Counted from the stretch's first letter, positions 23,890-36,068 are shown. The stretch is DNA of 64,000 nucleotides from Octopus sinensis (GCF_006345805.1 NC_042998.1:198214001-198278000); one strand, 5' to 3'. Notes: generated by a model from the sequence alone, not told the origin. Translations and numbers: made by a program.

Positions 23890-24494
23890 CTGTAAGCTGA
23901 GAATAGGTAATACATATTATATTTAAGCAGAAAGCCATAGGAAAGTCAACCAAGTGTGAAAATACAAATTCTAAGAAGACAAAATACAAATATATCCTTG
24001 GATTCCTTGATGCATGGAAAAGTTGATGTAAGACATCAGGAATGTCAAAACAAAATTAAATTTGTATAAGTCATTAGCGTGTTTAGATAATGAAAGGTAT
24101 TCAAGTGATACTTTTATTTCAGCTATAATGATTATTCTTTTTATCTGTTTTTATTCATGGTTTAAAAGAGTTTTTTTTTCATAATAAGATAACATACATA
24201 ATGGGAAAATATACACAAAAAGATTCAATGTGAACAAATGCTACGTAACAAAATTTCGAACAATATTTGTAGATCCTAAAATTTCTAAGCATGCGTATCT
24301 TTTATCTTTTACTTGTTTCAATTAATTTTCAAGGGTTTTGGTCAAATAAATTAGCCCTAGTACTTATTCTATTGGTCTCTTCTGTCAAACTGTTAAGCTA
24401 CAGTGTAATAAACAAACCAACACCAGTTGCCAAGTGGTGGTGGAAGACAAACACAAAGACATACAAATATATACATATATATATATATATATAA

Positions 24495-24850
24495 TCATCA
24501 TCCTCATCATCATCATTTAATGTCCGTTTTCCATGCTAGCATGGGTTGAATGGTTCGACTGGGGTCTGGGAAGCCATGGAGGCTGCACCAGGCTCCAGTC
24601 TGATCTGGCAGTGTTTCTACAGCTGGATGCCCTTCCTAACGCCAACTACTCCGTGAGTGTAATGGGTACTTTTTACGTGCCATCAGCACAGGTGCCAGGG
24701 GAGGCTGGCAATGGCCACGATCAGGTGGTGCTTTTTACATACCACCAGCACGGAAACCAGTCAAGGCAGCACTGGCATCGGCCACGTTTAGATGGTGCTT
24801 TTTATGTACCACTGGCATAGGAATCACAACTACAATTCCATTTGACTTTT
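24495..24850 (-). mobile_element. SINE-like family B
   Basis: (CAT)n reverse tail, conserved domain, 5' end ATCACAACTACAATTCCATTTGA on +. Confidence 0.85.
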
Positions 24851-24916
24851 TTATGTTGATCAAATGGAATTGTAGTTGTGATACCTGTGCTATATACATA
24901 TATATATATATATATA

Positions 24917-25313
24917 TAGGCGCAGGAGTGGCTGTGTGGTAAGTACATTGCTAACCAACCACATGGTTCCGGGTTCAGTCCCACTGCGTGGCATCTTGGG
25001 CAAGTGTCTGCTACTATAGCCCCGGGCTGACCAATGCCTTGTGAGTGGATTTGGTAGACGGAAACTGAAAGAAGCCTGTCGTATATATGTATATATATGC
25101 GTGTGTATGTTTGTGTGTCTGTGTTTGTCCCTCTAGCATTGCTTGACAACCGATGCTGGTGTGTTTACGTCCCCGTCAGTTAGCGGTTCAGCAAAAGAGA
25201 CCGATAGAATAAGTACTGGGCTTACAAAGAATAAGTCCCATGTTCGAGTTGCTCGATTAAAGGCGGTGCTCCAGCATGGCCACAGTCAAATGACTGAAAC
25301 AAGTAAAAGAGTA
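24917..25313 (+). mobile_element. tRNA-derived SINE family A
   Basis: Full-length match. Confidence 0.9.
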
Positions 25314-25939
25314 ATATATATATATATATATCAAGAGAGAGAGAGACCATAGGAAAAGGTGCTCCGTTGTATTTGTTATGACTTTTTAATAACAGAGTTC
25401 AAATCTTGTGGTTTCAAATCTTGCCTTTCAGACTTATAGAGTTTGATAACATAAATACCAATCAAATACAGTGGAAGTGGTAGGAATAATCTAATTATCA
25501 ATTCCCTGATCTTATACCTGTGTTAGGAATCATCCTGATTATTATCTAAATTCTTGTCATGAAGCAGCAAATGATTATCAATTTAAACCAGATTACCTGC
25601 AAAAGAGTTCAGTTTGCCCCTTCATTTGGTACAGGTGAGGACATCACATCATGTCAGTTGTGTCATACCAAGATTCTCAGCCTTTTCACACACACACACA
25701 CACATGGAGGCTAGAGTCATGAGGCACAAGGCCCATTTTTGTAAACTCAAATATTGTCAATCCCATTGACATTAGTATATGATGGTACTTATATTATCTA
25801 ACCAAAAACAGAATTTAAAAACAGGCAAAACTGGTTCTTAAAAACAAGGACCTGAAATCAGAAACAATGGCCCTTAAACAACAAAATTTGATGTCAGAAA
25901 TACTACAGTCTACAAGCGTTATATGTCAAAATCACAGGC

Positions 25940-26255
25940 TCATCATCATCATCATCGTTTAACATCCGTTTTCCATGCTAGCATGGGGTGGATGGCTCGA
26001 CCGGGGTCTGGTAAGCCAGAAGGCTGCACCAGGCTCCAGTCTGATCTGGCAGGGTTTCTACGGCTGGATGCCTTTCCTAATGCTAACCACTCTGAGAGTG
26101 CAGTGGGTGCTTTTTACGTTCCACTGGCACAGGTGCCAGGCGAGGCTGGCAACAGCCATGATCAGTTGCTGCTTTTTACGTGCCACCGGCACAGGTGCCA
26201 GGCAAGGCTGGCAACGGCCATGATCGGTTGGTGCTTTTTATGTGCCACCGGCTCA
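25940..26255 (-). mobile_element. SINE-like family B
   Basis: Reverse tail and two to three internal modules. Confidence 0.85.
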
Positions 26256-26715
26256 TAAAAACAAAATCTGAAATAAAGGATAACGGCTTTTAACAACAAG
26301 AATTTCATGTTAGAAAATCTGAACAATAAAACTGGCTGGCACAAACAACAAAAGCTCAAAAGCTCAGAGCAATACTGGCCACGCCTAACAGCAGAGTAAT
26401 GAAAACAGAAATACTGACATCCGAACAATGACAAGCTGAAAAACTGAAACACTGTATCCAGGTCTTAATAGGAATAATAAAAATTCCTAACTATTAAGGT
26501 GAGATAGTGCATTGCTTGTAGTTACGAATGCTGCTGTTTCAATACTGTACAGTATATCAACAGCGTTGGTAATTATTTGGGTGCTGACCCACTTTCAACT
26601 ATTTACATTTGTGATTGAATATATGGGAGGGATGGCATGGCTATTAATAGTTAATTTCCTGCCCAGACAATCGGCATGAACCTAGACATGCACACACACA
26701 CACACACAGATATAT

Positions 26716-26840
26716 ATCATCATCATCATCGTTTAACGTCCGTTTTCCATGCTAGCACGGGTTGGACGGTTCGACCGGGGTCTGGGAAGCCAGGAGGCTG
26801 CACCAGGCTCCGGTCTGATATGGCAGTGTTTCTACAGCTA
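26716..26840 (-). mobile_element. SINE-like family B 3' fragment
   Basis: Breaks off just before the family D copy at 26855. Confidence 0.8.
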
Positions 26841-26854
26841 TGTATATGCATAGT

Positions 26855-27210
26855 GGAGGCGCAATGGCCCAGTGGTTAGGGCAGCGGACTCGCGGTCATA
26901 GGATCGCAGTTTCAATTCCCAGACCGGGCGTTGTGAGTGTTTATTGAACGAAAACACCTAAAGCTCCACGAGGCTCCAGCAGGGGGTGGTGGCGACCCCT
27001 GCTGTACTCTTTCACCACAACTTTCTCTCACTCTTACTTCCTGTTTCTGTTGTACCTGTATTTCAAAGGGACGGCCTTGTCACTCTCTGTGTCACGCTGA
27101 ATATCCCCGAGAACTACGTTAAGGATACACACGTTAATTTCACGAGCAGGCTGTTCCGTTGATTCGGATCAACCGGAACCCTCATCGTCGTAACCGACGG
27201 AGTGCTTCCA
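26855..27210 (+). mobile_element. tRNA-derived SINE family D
   Basis: Same head and body as 22509-23036 with a short internal deletion; (TCCA)n tail. Confidence 0.88.
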
Positions 27211-27249
27211 TCCATCCATGTATATGCATATATATATATACATTAAGGT

Positions 27250-27640
27250 ACAAGAATGGCAGTGTGGTTAAGCAGCTTGTTTCCCAGCCATGAAGTCTTG
27301 GGTTCAGTCCCATTGCATGGCACCTTGGGCAAGTGTCTTCTACCAAAAGCCCTGGGACTGCCGTAGCTTCGTGAGCAGGTTTAGTAAGTAGAAACTGAAA
27401 GAAGCTTCTAGCATGCATGTGCTTGTATCCTTGTCTTAGTATCATATGAAGGCTGTAAACAAGCAAGTGATGTTTTTCATTGCAAGTATTCTGTGCAAAA
27501 CACATCTGATCAAAAGGAAATATTGAGGGTTGGTAACAGGAAGACCATCCGGCAATATAAAATCCATAAAACTTCTGCCTGATCCATGCAAGTGTGGAAA
27601 CATAGACATTGAGCAATGACGATGATGACAATGATGATGG
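27250..27640 (+). mobile_element. Older composite SINE with family A-like head and GAT-type tail
   Basis: GGTTCAGTCCCATTGCATGGCACCTTGGGCAAGTG head; related diverged copies at about 29520-29850 (-) and 49555-49790 (-). Confidence 0.6.
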
Positions 27641-27652
27641 TATATATACACT

Positions 27653-27852
27653 CATCATCCTCATCATCGTTTAACGTCTGCTTTCCATGCTAGCATGGGT
27701 TGGACGATTTTGACTGAGGACTGGCGAACCAGATGGCTGCACCAGGCTCCAATCTTGATCTGGCAGAGTTTCTACAGCTGGATGCCCTTCCTAATGCCAA
27801 CCACTCCAAGAGTGCAGTGGGTGCTTTTACGTGCCACCAGCACTGGCAACGG
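27653..27852 (-). mobile_element. SINE-like family B, second 3' subfamily
   Basis: CCAGATGGCTGCACCAGGCTCCAATCTTGATCTGGC variant. Confidence 0.8.
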
Positions 27853-28372
27853 CCTCGCATTAAGGAAATCCTCCTATGCATTTTCCACATTTAGCAGCAT
27901 TTCACAGTGGCCCTTCCATGCCTTTTCTTCTGCAGACTCACTAAGTGCAAGTGTACCCATCATCCATTCAAACACACTTCTCTCCTTTAACCTCACAATT
28001 TTCTCAAACACTGTTTAGCAATCTGGAACACCTCAGGCCTCTGGTTCTCATGCCGCAGAACACTCACGAATTTCATCCTTTCTATTTCCTCTCTTATAAC
28101 TCTGTGTGTGTGTATGTTTGTGTAATATGCACACACACAAATATATCTACATATATACATATACAGATGTGTGTATCTGTGTGCATGTGTGTGTTTGTGT
28201 GTGTACATGTATATATGTATATAATGATTACACAAGAAAAGAAAAATAAAAGTGATTGATTTAATTATCCCATCTTTTTCATACATTACGTTGGAGCGAA
28301 ATTACTGAGCACAATTTCTTCAGAAGGTAAATAATTAAATGAATGCAAAAATATTTCAAAGAAACTGCTTAC

Positions 28373-28426
28373 ATCATAAGAAATGCTAAGAAAATGGTAA
28401 TAGACACAGTGTCTACTTCAAAGAGG
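28373..28426 (-). CDS. Candidate exon, 54 nt, LFEVDTVSITIFLAFLM
   Basis: Weak acceptor CTTCCAG, donor AT/GTAAGC, single open frame. Confidence 0.15.
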
Positions 28427-28819
28427 CTGGAAGTAGTTGTATTGTACGTATATCAACAGAATTATCGACAATAAACCTGCATGTCACCGACAGGCAAAGC
28501 AACTAATCTATGACATTGTAAGGATTCTAGGATCAAATTGCTGGAAGTTATACACTAGCCAAAAGAAAAAAAAAAGAAATATAAATAATGCGTTGATGAG
28601 AAAACAAAACAAACACAAGAGTGTAGGCTTGAATAGTATACTGAACAAGTATATAGATATGTTGATACAAACACATATTTGAATACACACAGCCATATGT
28701 CCACACACATATATATATATATATATTTGTAAAAAAGAAGTTTGAAAATGCCACTATATTAGATAAATTTTAATTTTCTTTTGAATTTTACATGTTTTGG
28801 TTCTTGAAAAAACGAACCT

Positions 28820-28872
<53 letters not shown>

Positions 28873-28958
28873 CAATACATATAATATAATTAGTTCAATA
28901 AAATCAATAAATTTCATCTAGTAGTCTTTCGGTATGAAAGGACCATATTCGGTAAAAA

Positions 28959-29077
28959 TTATATAATTATAATAAAAGGGTTATTTGCAACTAGTTGCTT
29001 AAACCACATACCGAAAATATTTTGAGTATGTGGTTTAAGCAACTAGTTGCAAATAACCCTTTAATTATAATTATATA
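28959..29077. repeat. Inverted repeat with about 37-bp perfect arms and 14-nt loop
   Basis: AAAGGGTTATTTGCAACTAGTTGCTTAAACCACATAC (28975-29011) and its inverse (29026-29062), extended by AT-rich flanks. Confidence 0.9.
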
Positions 29078-29159
29078 TATATATACATATATATATATCA
29101 CCGTAACCAACCAGGCTATCAGATGTTGCTACACATCGCTGGTCACAATGTGCTTCGCA

Positions 29160-29400
29160 TTGTTTTAGCCTTCAAATGACGCTACCCCGCTGGCTAAGCG
29201 AGCAGGCCAACAGAAGAAAGAATGAGAGAAAGTTGTGGTGAAAGAGTACAGCAGGGATCGACACCCAATCCCCCTGCCGGAGCCTCGTGGAGCTTTAGGC
29301 GTTTTCGCTCAATAAACACTCACAATGCCCAGTCTGAGAATCGAAACCGCAATCCTACGACCGCTAGTCTGCTGCCCTAACCACTGGGCCATTGCGCCTC
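29160..29400 (-). mobile_element. SINE family D 5' portion
   Basis: Reverse complement of the family D head and first body segment. Confidence 0.8.
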
Positions 29401-30162
29401 CATATATATATATATATATATAACTGGCACTCTGTTGGTTACAACAGCAAGGGTTCCAGTTGATCCAATCAACGGAACAGCCTACTTGTGAAATTACCAA
29501 ATGGGATAATAAGCAATGCAGTATTAGCCCATGCTTCCACAGAAGATTGGAAATGAACGTCACCACTTGTATGACGGTGAAGCTCGTTTACAGCTATTGT
29601 GCAATGTCAAGGCAAGGAAACGCACACATACATGTTTGTATGTATGTATGTATGTATGTATGCATGTACGTATGTATGTATGTATGTATGTATGTATGTA
29701 CATGCAGTGGGCTTCTTTCAGTTTCCTGCATACCAAATCTACTCACAAGGCTTTGGTTGCACCAAAGTTACAGTAGAAGACATACGCCACACAGTGGGAC
29801 TGAACCTGATACCATGTGGTAGGGAAGCAAACATCTTAATTCCACACCTATGCCTACAATACATACTAGTGTGGTACCCATCAAAAAAGGAAAAGGTTCA
29901 GTTCTCCTTAACTCCAAAGTTTTACTCCAAAATTCCCTCTTCTTCAGTTTTGTCTCTTTCACTTATTCCTCTTACCTCTACTCATGCTCCTTCATTGTTC
30001 TCCCATGCCTCAATAATTTTTCACTTTCTGAAATTTTACCTCCTTTTCCTTTCTCAATGTCTTTCCTTTTTACACACCCTTTGACCGCATACATCACATC
30101 CTCTTTCTCTCTTTCTACCTCTGTCATTTTTTCACTCTGAACCTTTGTTATTTTATTGCATT

Positions 30163-31130
30163 ACCCCTATAAGTACCCTCTCTATCTTGACCCCTGTAAG
30201 TACCCTCTCCATCTTGACCCCTATAAGTACCCTCTCTATCTTGATCCCTGTAAGTACCCTCTCTATCTTGACCCCTGTAAGTACCCCCTCTATCTTGACC
30301 CCTGTAAGTACCCCCTCTATCTTGACCCCTGTAAGTACCCACTCTATCTTGACCCCTGTAAGTACTCTCTCTATCTTGACCCCTCTAAGTACCCTCTCTA
30401 TCTTGACCCCTGTAAGTACCCCCTCTATCTTGATCCCTGTAAGTACCCCTTCTATCTTGACCCCTGTAAGTACCCTCTCTATCTTGACCCCTGTAAGTAC
30501 CCTCTCTATCTTGACCCCTGTAAGTACCCTCTCTATCTTGATCCCTGTAAGTACCCTCTCCATCTTGACCCCTGTAAGTACTCTCTCTATCTTGACCCCT
30601 CTAAGTACCCTCTCTATCTTGACCCCTGTAAGTACCCCCTCTATCTTGATCCCTGTAAGTACCCCTTCTATCTTGACCCCTGTAAGTACCCTCTCTATCT
30701 TGACCCCTGTAAGTACCCTCTCTATCTTGACCCCTGTAAGTACCCTCTCTATCTTGATCCCTGTAAGTACCCTCTCCATCTTGACCCCTGTAAGTACTCC
30801 TATCTTGATCCCTGTAAGTACCCTCTCCATCTTGATCCCTGTAAGTACCCTCTCTATCTTGATCCCTTTAAGTACCCTCTCTATCTTGACACCTGTAAGT
30901 ACCCTCTCTATCTGGATCCCTGTAAGTACTCTCTCTATCTGGATCCCTGTAAGTACCCTCTCTATCTTGACCCCTCTAAGTACCCTCTCTATCTTGACCC
31001 CTGTAAGCACCCTCTCTATCTTGACCCCTGTAAGTACCCTCTCTATCTTGACCCCTGTAAGTACCCCCTCTATCTTGACCCCTGTAAGTATCCTCTCTAT
31101 CTTGACCCCTCTAAGTACCCTCTCTATCTT
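30163..31130. repeat. 27-bp minisatellite, about 36 copies
   Basis: Unit TAAGTACCCTCTCTATCTTGACCCCTG, giving a 9-aa period in the ORF track. Confidence 0.97.
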
Positions 31131-31269
31131 GTTTCCACCTCTCCTCTGTGGCTATTGCCTTTTGTCTTTCACCTTTTCTATCTCACTCTATACTCTGCTG
31201 TCTGCTTGCATAATTCTCTGTTTCAATGCAGCTAGCTGCTAGTTCTCTCTGTCTCTCTCAGTCTCCTAT

Positions 31270-31662
31270 ATATATCAACCATCTAACAAACAATAACTCT
31301 GAGCACCTTTTCAAACTCCACCCGTCTAACACCCGTGGACATATTTACAAAGTCAGAAAACAGCACAGCTCCTTCCATGACTTTCAGAAACATTTTTTCA
31401 CGCTAAGAGTTGCTGAAGCATGGAACAAACTGCCGGCATCAGTTGTTAGTTGTCGGAGCACTGCATCCTTCAAAACTTCCATGCTTCCTGAGATTCGTCA
31501 ACACTACACCTGATTTTCTCCCCTCCATACACACACAAGCATGTATCAGACTCATACGTTGTTCGCTTCCCAGACATTTGTACATTACTGCGTATACTCT
31601 ATACGCACTTTCTGACAAGTTGTGGTGCACCTGAGCACTGTATACAATAATTTCATTATTAT
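31270..31662 (+). pseudogene. CR1 LINE 3' fragment
   Basis: INHLTNNNSEHLF...TRGHIYKVRKQ...FFTLRVAEAWNKLP plus the shared 3' UTR; same subfamily as 18215-18829. Confidence 0.9.
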
Positions 31663-32133
31663 ATCAATTTATCTATCTATATGTCATTATAAGACTTCTT
31701 TTCTCTCTCTTTCACTTCTCACAGCCACTGATTTCTCCTTCAAGCATGACACAAGGCAGGAACATAAGAAGCAAAAAATTGACACACTACTTGGAAATAT
31801 ATATATAAAGGTACATATGTATGTGTACATTAAAGAATGTGTAAGTGGCTTCAGGCATGTCAAATATTTAAGAAATTTATCTTTTAGTTATAAAATTTCA
31901 GGTTTGATTTCATTGCACGACATCTTGGGCAAGTATCTTCTTACCATATCTTTGAGTCAACCAAAGCTTTGTTTGTGAAATTGAGTAGGAGGAAAAAAAG
32001 ACCATACAAAGGCCTATAAGGTGAGCTGCTTTTGTAATTCTAAGGCTAGTCTTTATTGTACATTGTAGCAGTCCGATTCTTCCTAGTGGTTATGTGAAGG
32101 CTGCACATATCTCTTTATTACTCGGCCACTTAC

Positions 32134-32221
32134 TAACTCAGTATGTAGTTCACTTGAGTATTCAAAAGAATCCTCATTTTTGAAACAGATGGAAGTATTT
32201 TTACTACATTTACCTTCAGAT
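32134..32221 (-). CDS. Candidate exon, 88 nt, xLKVNVVKILPSVSKMRILLNTQVNYILS
   Basis: Acceptor TTTGCTGACTTCACTAG, donor GTAAGT. Two frames are open, so the frame is uncertain. Confidence 0.22.
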
Positions 32222-32292
32222 CTAGTGAAGTCAGCAAAGGAAAATGAGACTATTGTGCTTTCCCTCTTTACTATTATGCGCCTTCACTATTA

Positions 32293-32630
32293 GTGAAGGC
32301 GCATGGCTCAGTGGTTAGAGCGTCGAGCTTACGATCGTGAGGTTGTCAGCTCGAATCCCGGACCGGGCTGCGTGTTGTGTTCTTGAGCAAGACACTTTAT
32401 CTCATGTTGCTCCAGTTCACTCAGCTGTAGAAATGAGTTGTGATGTCACGGGTGCCAAGCTGTATCGACCCCTTTGCCTTTCCCTTGGATAACACTGGTG
32501 GCGTGGAGAGGGGAGGCTGGTATGCATGGGCAACTGCTAGTCTTCCATAAACCACCTTGCCCAGACTTGTGACTAGGAGGGTAACTTCCTAGGTACAATC
32601 CCATGGTCAGTGTCGTGACCGAAGGGGGTC
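32293..32630 (+). mobile_element. tRNA-derived SINE family E, single copy here
   Basis: GGCGCATGGCTCAGTGGTTAGAGCG A-box, CTCGAATCCC B-box, then GTGTTCTTGAGCAAGACACTT and CACTCAGCTGTAGAAATG, typical conserved SINE core motifs. Confidence 0.8.
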
Positions 32631-32879
32631 CTATATCCTACTATTAGTAAATATGTGTAGATATATAAATAAACAGCTTTGACAAACAAACACACAATTT
32701 TCAATGATGTTTCGTTTTGTGATCCAGAAAGTGAAATGACTGAAGTCAGCAAGGATTGGCATAATAAAAATGAAAGTAGAATAATGCTTGGTAGTACTCG
32801 ACTAAATTCAACAATGAAATGAAACTGGGAGATTAGTTTTCTCTGAATACAAAAGTTGAGCTGACCGAAAAGAATTATG

Positions 32880-33310
32880 GAATCTTTTCGGTTTGAACGG
32901 CAGTTTTTTAAAATAATTTCCACGTAACTAAACACTTTTAAACTTCATATACTGGTAGAATGTGTTTATAAAACATCTTTTTCTCTTGGCTTTATTGAGA
33001 AAATTCTATAGTTTGTAAGACATTTATTGTTGCTTTTTTCTTCAATTTCTGCAATTTCAACCAATCAATGACCGTCTATTGAGGTGAAAACATTCTGTGC
33101 CGTATGAATATGTCCCTCATTTAAGAAACAGATTGGGTCTATTTACATTTCTGAAGAAAAAAAGATACCCTTCCTCCACCCCTAACCCTAACTCTAGCCC
33201 TAACCCTAAAATAGATTAAAATGCAATAGATCGATACTAGGGTCATAATTATGGGTGACAATTTCATATAACACCGCTAGAAAAAAATGCCGTTCAAACC
33301 GAAAAGATCC
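32880..33310. mobile_element. Merlin-like MITE
   Basis: About 24-bp TIR G(G/A)ATCTTTTCGGTTTGAACGGCA; 8-bp TSD GAATTATG (32872-32879, 33311-33318). Confidence 0.85.
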
Positions 33311-34022
33311 GAATTATGTTGCAAAGGATATTTGTATTAATACGAACACTGAAAGGACATTTAACTTCTTTGCATCACTGCAATTCATTCATAATTTATC
33401 AGTGTGCAATAAGGAACCAATGCAAATAGTTGATCCCACTCGTGTTCAGATGGAACAGCTTGGAGGAGTCAAATATGCAGGCATTATCAAAGTATTAAAC
33501 CAGATTCTTTCTTCTCTAAATGCTATATACCCCATTGCCTCACCCTGAAGGGTTTATGTATTGGTAGGCAGCAGCTGATTGCAAATATGTTGTTACAGAG
33601 CAGGTAGGTATCAGTAGTGAAGCAATAATTATAACCGGTATAGCTATTTCTGAGATGTATGTATTATGTGGTATGTCAACCATCCTGTATATTGTTAAAA
33701 ATGGTTTACACAATTTATAAATGCTTTCCACAGTATTATCCCATTTAATTCTTATATTTTAGTTTATTATTAAATTAAACGAATTATAATAAAATAATTC
33801 AAAATCAATTTGCAAAAAATCGAATTTTACATTTACCGTTTTGTCACATGAGTTTGCCTCAATTTTTACATAATTTTGAAGAAAAGAATTCTTTCATTTT
33901 CCATTCAGTTTCTGCTGACTTCAGTATTTCGTTTTCTGGATCACAAAACCAAACATCAGCCTAGCCTCTTAATCTATGCCAAGAGAACGTTATATGGGTG
34001 AATGACAATATATAACTAATAT

Positions 34023-34612
34023 TAAGGCAGAGGGCTGACAGAAACGTTAGCACGCCGGGCGAAATGTGTAGCTGTATTTTGTCTGCCACTACGATCTGAG
34101 TTCAAATTCTGCAGAGGTCGACTTTGCCTTTCATCCTTTCGGGGTCGATAAATTAAGTACCAGTTACGCACTGGGGTCGATGTAATCGAATTAGTCCCTT
34201 TGTCTGTCCTTGTTTGTCCCCTCTATGTTTAGCCCCTTGTGGGTAGTAAAAGAAATAGGTATTTCGTCTGTCGTTACGTTCTGAGTTCAAATTCCGCCGA
34301 GGTCGACTTTGTCTTTCATCCTTTCGGGGTCGATAAATTAAGTACCAGTTACGCACTGGGGTCGAGGTAATCAACTTAATCCGTTTGTCTGCCCTTTTGT
34401 CCCCTCTGTGTTTAGCCCCTTGTGGGTAGTAAAAGAAATAGGTATTTCGTCTGTCGTTACGTTCTGAGTTCAAATTCCGCCGAGGTCGACTTTGCCTTTC
34501 ATCCTTTTGGGGTCGATAAATAAAGTACCAGTTTCGCACTGAGGTCGATGTAATCGACTTGATCCCTTTGTCTGTCCTTGTTTGTCAGCCCCTTGTGGGC
34601 AGTAAAGAATTA
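34023..34612 (+). mobile_element. SINE family C trimer: one head, three bodies
   Basis: Junctions AGAAATA/GGTATTTCG at 34257/8 and 34440/1; 183-bp period. Confidence 0.92.
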
Positions 34613-34990
34613 AATATATAGCTAATATACACACGTCTTTGAAAACATAAATGTATGCTTTTGTACACGTAGTATTTGACGGAATCTTCTGTCGAAAACG
34701 ACGTGTGAATGCTCAACTTTTGCCGAACGAACAGCATAAATGATTTGTTTTATAGTGACCGAAGGTATGTGCTACACATTAGCTCGCTCCCTTTGTCAAA
34801 ATCGACCCTGAACAGGTGCACAGTGTATATTACACGTCCCTAACTACTAGGCCATATACCCTCACACAGTATGTACACTTACATAAATACATGCCTCTAT
34901 AACTTCACAGACAAAAGCATGCTGACATACCTTTACACATACACACTATACATGAGTTTTAGTAATTCACTTCAAACTAAAATATTATAG

Positions 34991-35070
34991 GGATCTTTTC
35001 ACTTTGACCGGCAGATTTTTAAAATAATTTCTTTGTAACCAAACACTTTTAAACTTCAGTGAAAAGATCC
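34991..35070. mobile_element. 80-bp Merlin-like mini-MITE
   Basis: GGATCTTTTCACT...AGTGAAAAGATCC flanked by the 8-bp TSD TATTATAG; body matches the left end of 32880-33310. Confidence 0.85.
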
Positions 35071-36068
35071 TATTATAGTAATTCCTCAGAAAGATAGGTT
35101 TCATTAAGGGATAAAACGAGCGACGTTCATAACTTCTTTATAGGCCACAAAGGAGAGAAACTTGCACCGAAAGATGTAATGTCTCCTATCAGCTTTCTTC
35201 GAATATATGAAATTTTGTTTGTTGTACCTGAACACCTGTTGTAATAAATTCAAAACTAACAATATTCTACTTCGTTGATACTCCAGGGTAAAGAAGATCC
35301 GAGCCGAGCTGATTTAGATAGTACTACTGTTTGCTTTAGGAACATATACGGGTACTTATGTGTTTGTATGGGGTGCCTTGTTTGACAAATTTAAATTGTC
35401 AGTGGTTTAGAAAGGTTAAGGGAAAACAGCTGAAACTAGACTGGATGTAAGGAACTTTTAGGGACGTGTTTATAATCCCGATTACATCCATCTATATACA
35501 CACACACATATATATACACACGTACATGCATACACCACAGTGAACATTTCTAATGCATATATACTGAACATGGTTATGATTTGCACAAGAATGCAAGGAA
35601 ATAGCGGTGTACACAAGGAGGAGAAAAGGTAAAGGGAGTACTCAAAATTAAAAATAAAATTATACATTGATATTTTATGGAGAGCAGGAACTTCCCAAAC
35701 TGTTACACCCAATTTTCCGTTTCAGAAATTCAGACAATCAGAAACGAGAAATTCGATTTGTGATGAATTTAGCTTCCAACGTGTACATAAAATCAAAGAT
35801 ATGTAAACGGATACCCAGGGAGATAAAGTTGATTTTATAACACACACATAACACGTCTATAGACACACCTAGAGGGGCCCAATTGTGTAGGTATGTCTAA
35901 TTCCTCTCCCACATTCGCAAAAAAAAAATTTCACAACAGATTTCCATATAATCGGAATGTACATTAATCTGAACGGTATTTATGGAAAATTCCATTTAAA
36001 AAATATCAATTTTTCTAAAAAAGTTATGGGGAAACGAAGTCGGAAGGAAAGCACTTTGGGTACGACTT

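Noticed and set aside
28900-28960. Second hammerhead on the minus strand
   Set aside because: A stem II-like GGT/ACC and GAAA are present but the CUGANGA core and stem I are not.
30163-31130. CRISPR-like array
   Set aside because: Units are contiguous with no unique spacers, there are no cas genes and the context is eukaryotic.
30145-31242. 365-aa, 359-aa and 285-aa ORFs as protein-coding genes
   Set aside because: They are explained by a 27-bp unit lacking stops in those frames; no unique coding flanks or splice context.
32293-32370. Functional tRNA genes at SINE heads (also 26855 and 1606)
   Set aside because: A and B boxes are present but the acceptor stem does not close and the sequence runs into SINE bodies.
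32705-32745. C/D-box snoRNA (TGATG...CTGA)
   Set aside because: Too short, imperfect C box, no terminal stem, and the sequence is one arm of an inverted repeat.
33545-33686. Minus-strand exon MVDIPHNTYISEIAIPVIII...
   Set aside because: It lies inside the 32705-33958 inverted-repeat element, its phase does not fit the candidate chain, and competing frames exist on the other strand.
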